Below, piece by piece: positions 59,457 through 64,000 of a stretch of 64,000 nt of DNA. Both the position numbers and the translations under genes were made by a program. Position 1 is the first letter of the stretch, and every line of letters begins with the position of its first letter. The stretch lies in the NCBI GenBank assembly GCA_002189035.1, contig NEEC01000016.1:930001-994000 (forward strand). The letters run 5' to 3'. Source of the stretch: Utricularia gibba. Its lineage: Eukaryota; Plantae; Magnoliophyta. A model generated the notes under the pieces. It was not told where the DNA came from. It did not search any database and saw nothing but the letters and a program-made list of their open reading frames with translations.

Positions 59457-61149
59457 ATGGCCTCTTTCGGAAATTTTACCCTTCTATGCAAGGGGTTGGC
59501 TATGGTTTTGATTGTTGGTCACCTGACGTGTCTCTATTTTCCCACTTCTGCCAGTTATCTTGCTCTCATTCCAGCCAAGTACGCTCTTTTTCCTTGTTTT
59601 TTTTTTTGCTGAATACTTGGTATTTGATGTGTTCTTGATTGTAGGCCTGGATCGTGGTTAATCTGTGTTTTCGATGTTGTGGGTTGATTAATTTTGAAGC
59701 TTGTTTGAGCAGATAGGCAACGTTTTGAGGGAGGCATTGTTCAATGCTAATGACATGCTAGATTACATTGCAGTCTAGATTTTGGTTTTCCCTCAAAATT
59801 TTGGGGGTGCTTTGTGAGAGTAAATTGGTGATTTTATGGGTGCAATCAAAGAATTCGAGAAAGGTCTTAAATTTAGAAAGAATAGCTGAATGCTGCACAA
59901 GACACCGCCTTCATGGTGTTTATTCTTCCTCCTTACGTCCTTGCCATTTGTTTGCTTGGATGCAGGACAATTCCTTTTGCTTGGAATCTCATTACATCTG
60001 GATATTTTGAGCAGACAACGGAGGGAGTACGCCCTTTTTCTTGTTATTACTCTATTTATATTAATTATTGCTATTCCATCTTCCTGGAGTAGTTTTTGCT
60101 TGAATGTCTTAATGTTTTTGTAGGTGGTGATCAGCACAATTGCACTTCTGTATACAGGGAAGCTGCTTGATCCCGCATGGGGTTCTAGAGAGCTTTTCAG
60201 ATTCATCTTCCTAGTTAACATCATGACATCCATTTGTGTCTTCATCACTGTTGTTTTCTTATACTATATCACTAACCACGAGTTGTACCTGTGAGTAATG
60301 CCATTTCTTTTTATTTTGGATTTTCTGTTTCGTTTAGAAGCTCATGGTTACTCATGGTCTTAAGAAAACGTTGCAGTTATCTACCGATATCTGGTTTCCA
60401 AGGAGCAGTTTCAGGACTTCTAGTAGGGATCAAACAGATAATGCCTAATAAGGAGTTGCCTTTCCTTAGGATAAAGGCCAAAGTGAGTGAAACTTTTTTT
60501 CCTGTGAAAAAGCTTTTCATTTACTTACTGTAGCATTTTACTGATATCATGATGACAAATTAGCGCCTGTAACAATCATCTCTTTTTTTTTTTTTTTCTT
60601 TCTCTTATGCTAACCTCGTTTAACATTGTTGCAGTGGTTGCCTTCTCTGGCCATACTAGGATATGTAATTACAAGTTTTTTTAGGATAACAGAAGCAACA
60701 TCATATCTCCCAACGTTTATTTTTGGGTCGTATACGGGATGGATATACCTCAGATACTGGCAAAAGAAACCAGATTTGAAGTTCAGAGGTGATACAAGTG
60801 AAGACTTCACTTTCTCTTCTTTCTTCCCTGAATTTCTAAGGTATTTTACATTTCATACTGATTCAGTTATGAGCGATTCTTTGCTTCCTTTTTCATTTCT
60901 AATGTTCAAATGGAATGCAGAGGCATAATCGATCGCATTTCCACCGTTTTTGAGCTGATGTTCTGTAGAAGGAAAACTGAACTTCCTGATGAAAGCAGAG
61001 ACATCACTTCAGGAGATGATAAATCGGTGCCAGCAGATGAAGCTCGAAGAAGGGAAAGGGGGGCACGTGTTCTTCAGGAAAGATTGGCTGCAGAGAGATT
61101 ACCAGCACGGGGACGACAGACACACCAAGATGCATTAGAGAATGTGTAA
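59457..61149 (+). CDS. Rhomboid-like protein 19 / TMEM115 (DUF1751) membrane protein, 6 coding exons
   Basis: NFTLLCKGLAMVLIVGHL...YLALIPAK|TIPFAWNLITSGYFE; WGSRELFRFIF; GLLVGIKQIMP; WIYLRYWQ; FTFSSFFPEFLR; EARRRERGARVLQERL. Confidence 0.92.
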
Positions 61150-61492
61150 AAACTTTGATCATGGCGCTCTCTGTTCATGATATGCCTTTAAATCTTGGGA
61201 TGTTTCCTTCATATGCCCCCTTTGCACAGAGCAGTTGAATTTACAAGTTGGGATCTGGTTGGTTTTGTTGATCTACCATTTCAAGACTCGCATCCCCTGT
61301 AGAGTAATATCGCCATTGCAGGTCAAGTTACAGGTCAATGGTGAATGAAATACATTGAAAAGGATCTGTCTTGAATGAGATACAATAGAAAAGATAGTGT
61401 AGCACGCAGGCACCGCCCTAGACATGCAAAACAATGAAGCAGCAGCAAACAAATGCATTATTCCAAGTGTAAGAATGGCAGGCTTGCAAGAA

Positions 61493-64000
61493 TCAGTTCC
61501 ATGTCCCATCTTCGTTTGCATATTGTTGAATCATATCATTTCTATCTAACTCAAAGTGTATGTTATCAACAGAAACGGCTTTGGATGCATCCAAATGGTT
61601 CAGACGGCATGTTCCGAGAAGGGCTTCCGGCAGCTCGTCTGGCGTGTTTCCCTGAGGCATTTCGAACCATGTCAAATGAATAACGTTGAGACTTGAGATC
61701 CTATTTGGAACTGAGATTACCTGTATGAGAAACGCCATTTCGATGACAAGATTGCTGAGGTAACCAAGAACAAGGCTAACCACACCCCTAGCCACTGCGG
61801 ATGACCCAATGTCAACGCCCAGCTGAACATACTCAAGTAAGAACGGGATTAGATTTGCTATGTTCTGCAGCAAGCTAGCGTCTGGAATAACTTTATGATT
61901 GTCGTTTCACCTCGAGGTAATTCTTCCCTCGAAAGTAGTTGATTTGAAGAGCATTGCCTATCAAACAAGCTTTCCTCCCAACTGTCTGCTTTACTATCCA
62001 AGAGCCCTGCAGCAATTTAAGAGTTGGCCACGGCAATGATTCCTTGTTTTTCAGATGATTCAGATTAAGGAATCAACCCGAACCTTAGAAATGTAAGGTA
62101 TCAGCTTGAACCTTGAATTTCTAAATGCATCATCTCCATTGACAAAACGATCCAGTAGAGGTATCCCTGCTAAAGGTGTCTTCAGCATGTAATATAAGGC
62201 TAAACTGTGTGTCATCGTCCCAGGCACCTGTATGTTCACTATGAAAAAGAACTCGGTCCGTCCATCAGTTGCATATTGCTGTCCATTTCAACATTGAAGA
62301 CGACCAGTCATGAGTTTGCTTGTTGAATCATTAACAAACATGGATTTATAAGAAATGTTTGCAGCTAGCACCTGCACAATGCTGCTATGTCGACCGGCAA
62401 GATCATCTTCACGAATGTCTGATCTTAGCCAATCCGCTCCCACCATCTGCATTAGGGTGTTCTTGGCTTCGATCTGACCAAAGAATGGAACTTTCAAAGA
62501 ACAGTTTTCTCATGAGGGAATATTGCACTATGTAGAAGGCCAACCTTTTTGTTGTCTTCAAGGTAATTGTCTCCCCGGATAAGGTACGCCGATGCATCCG
62601 ATTCTGCACAGCTACATGGCATGCTACAAGTCTTGTCTTGCGGAAGCGTGTACCCATAAGAACACAAGATGCTCTCCTCCTGAGAGATTGCTTGCAAGTC
62701 CATGTAACCCCTTTTCTGAACTGGAACAGCAGTAAACTCAGAAGCCTTCCAATGTATGCTGCAAAAAGCTCAATGAACCTCACGCCAACAAACCTGCTAA
62801 CTGCAGCTTTTTAACAAAGTTGGTAGTGGATGATAACCTGGGCTGGTACTTATCCTACGAACTCAAAGAACATTGTCAACGTTTCCAATTTTGAGGACGA
62901 ATATATGAAGGGTAGCAAAAAAAAAATACCATATAAAATGGTTGTGGACTTGTCTTTGATGATCGGCCGTGCTCTATCATTTCATGATCTGAGGGTTCAG
63001 GAACATCGAAAAACTCATCTGCTGCATCGAGGCTTGACACCCCGGATGTCCTATGTTCACATAACTGCTCTTCTCGATTGTTCTGTGTCACCTTCCATCC
63101 AAATAATTGATTCTCCTTTTGTTGGCGAGCTGTAATCTCTGTATAAGCTGTTCTTTCTTCTGATATGAAATCATTGCTTGTAACTCCTGCCTTTGCGTGA
63201 AACATTTCTCGTAAGGCTGCAACAAAAGCTTTATCGTCTAGAGCTTCAGTTAGAAATCAGTAGTAATTGGATGTGCGCCATTTTCACCTGCCACCCTTCC
63301 TGCCATACGAATGGAGATAAATCTAGACATAGATTTTCTCCTGTAGGACTTAAAGATCTTCCAGTCAACTGCAAGCAGATGTTTGATCACGGTCTCTCTT
63401 CCCTGATTGATGGGAGTTAGTACATATCCAGCACCTGCATATTTGTGTTCCCAGAAATATCAGCGAAACCAAGTTGGTAAGAGCTGAAGTTGAATCATTT
63501 TCAAACTTGGCGAATTCAGAAACATTCAAAGTTCAAAACTTCAATCCCATAAATAATCAGAATGGAAAGAAGCATACACAGCTTCCCGTTTCAGTGCATA
63601 CATTTTACGCAAGCACGAACACATCCTTTCTGTGGTGGACACCTCCTGTTGACGACGGAATGGCAGAGAATCACTGAAACCAAAGCACAATGGTGACTAT
63701 GCAGGAGCGGTAGCTTTTTGCAGCAATATAAGTCAATTTTAACTGAAATCAATACCATAAGTGCCGGAATCTTCTGTTCTCCAATACCGTTGCAACAGCA
63801 TATCCCTTCGTTTCATAGCCCTGAGGATACAGAAGATGTTAATCACGAGATGGCAGTGACATCAAGAACATACGTTTGTAGCTACTATGCTTACCATGGT
63901 AGCCAACGGTTATTCAGTTCTATATGAATGATATCTGTATGGTCATCAAGGTGCTCAACTACTCTGCCCTTGTCGAAAAAGAAATCCCATCTACAGAGAA
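61493..64000 (-). CDS. EDR2: ENHANCED DISEASE RESISTANCE 2-like (START + EDR2_C/DUF1336); 5' part beyond the right edge
   Basis: YLIRGDNYLEDNKK; MQMVGADWLRSDIREDDL; FVNGDDAFRNSRFKLIPYISKGSWIVKQTVG; GVDIGSSAVARGVVSLVLGYL; QGNTPDELPEALLGTCRLNHLD. Confidence 0.92.

Noticed and set aside
1-64000. Immunity gene cluster (MIN7-like, kinase, chorismate synthase, EDR2, as-1-driven GRPs)
   Set aside because: Unrelated housekeeping genes are interspersed and there is no sequence evidence of co-regulation; likely coincidental.
1-64000. CRISPR arrays, rRNA, tRNA, intact transposase or retrotransposon ORFs
   Set aside because: None recognised; this is eukaryotic genic DNA with only small decayed non-autonomous elements.

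Overview
Angiosperm nuclear DNA from a gene-dense genome with short introns and AT-rich intergenic spacers; the species is not identified. I find 15 protein-coding loci and one miRNA gene. In order: a BIG5/MIN7-like ARF-GEF (cut by the left edge), an At1g08530-like plastid membrane protein, three GDSL lipases of the LTL1/cutin-synthase-like clade (two from a ~5 kb tandem duplication), a secreted glycine-rich protein with a 12-aa repeat, a small conserved plastid-type membrane protein, an EF-hand mitochondrial carrier (At2g35800-like), two tandem-duplicated glycine-rich protein genes, a euAP2/TOE-type transcription factor, a USP-domain receptor-like cytoplasmic kinase, chorismate synthase, MIR160, a rhomboid-like-19/TMEM115 protein and an EDR2-like gene (cut by the right edge). 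Most notable: (1) the BIG5-like Sec7 domain has lost the catalytic glutamate (FRLPGE to IQLPWD) and its second motif, so it may be a pseudo-GEF; (2) the euAP2 miR172 site has a synonymous A-to-C mismatch of the type linked to miR172 escape; (3) the duplicated GRPs look like Asp-bracketed two-core peptide precursors and sit downstream of a conserved as-1 element; (4) two GDSL copies carry a gained 63-nt intron; (5) a GRP and the next gene may share one promoter. Caveat: four single-base deletions in G/C homopolymer runs frameshift three genes, including essential chorismate synthase, so this assembly probably under-calls homopolymers and indel-based pseudogene calls are unreliable. Family assignments come from my recall of homologous sequences, not from database searches.
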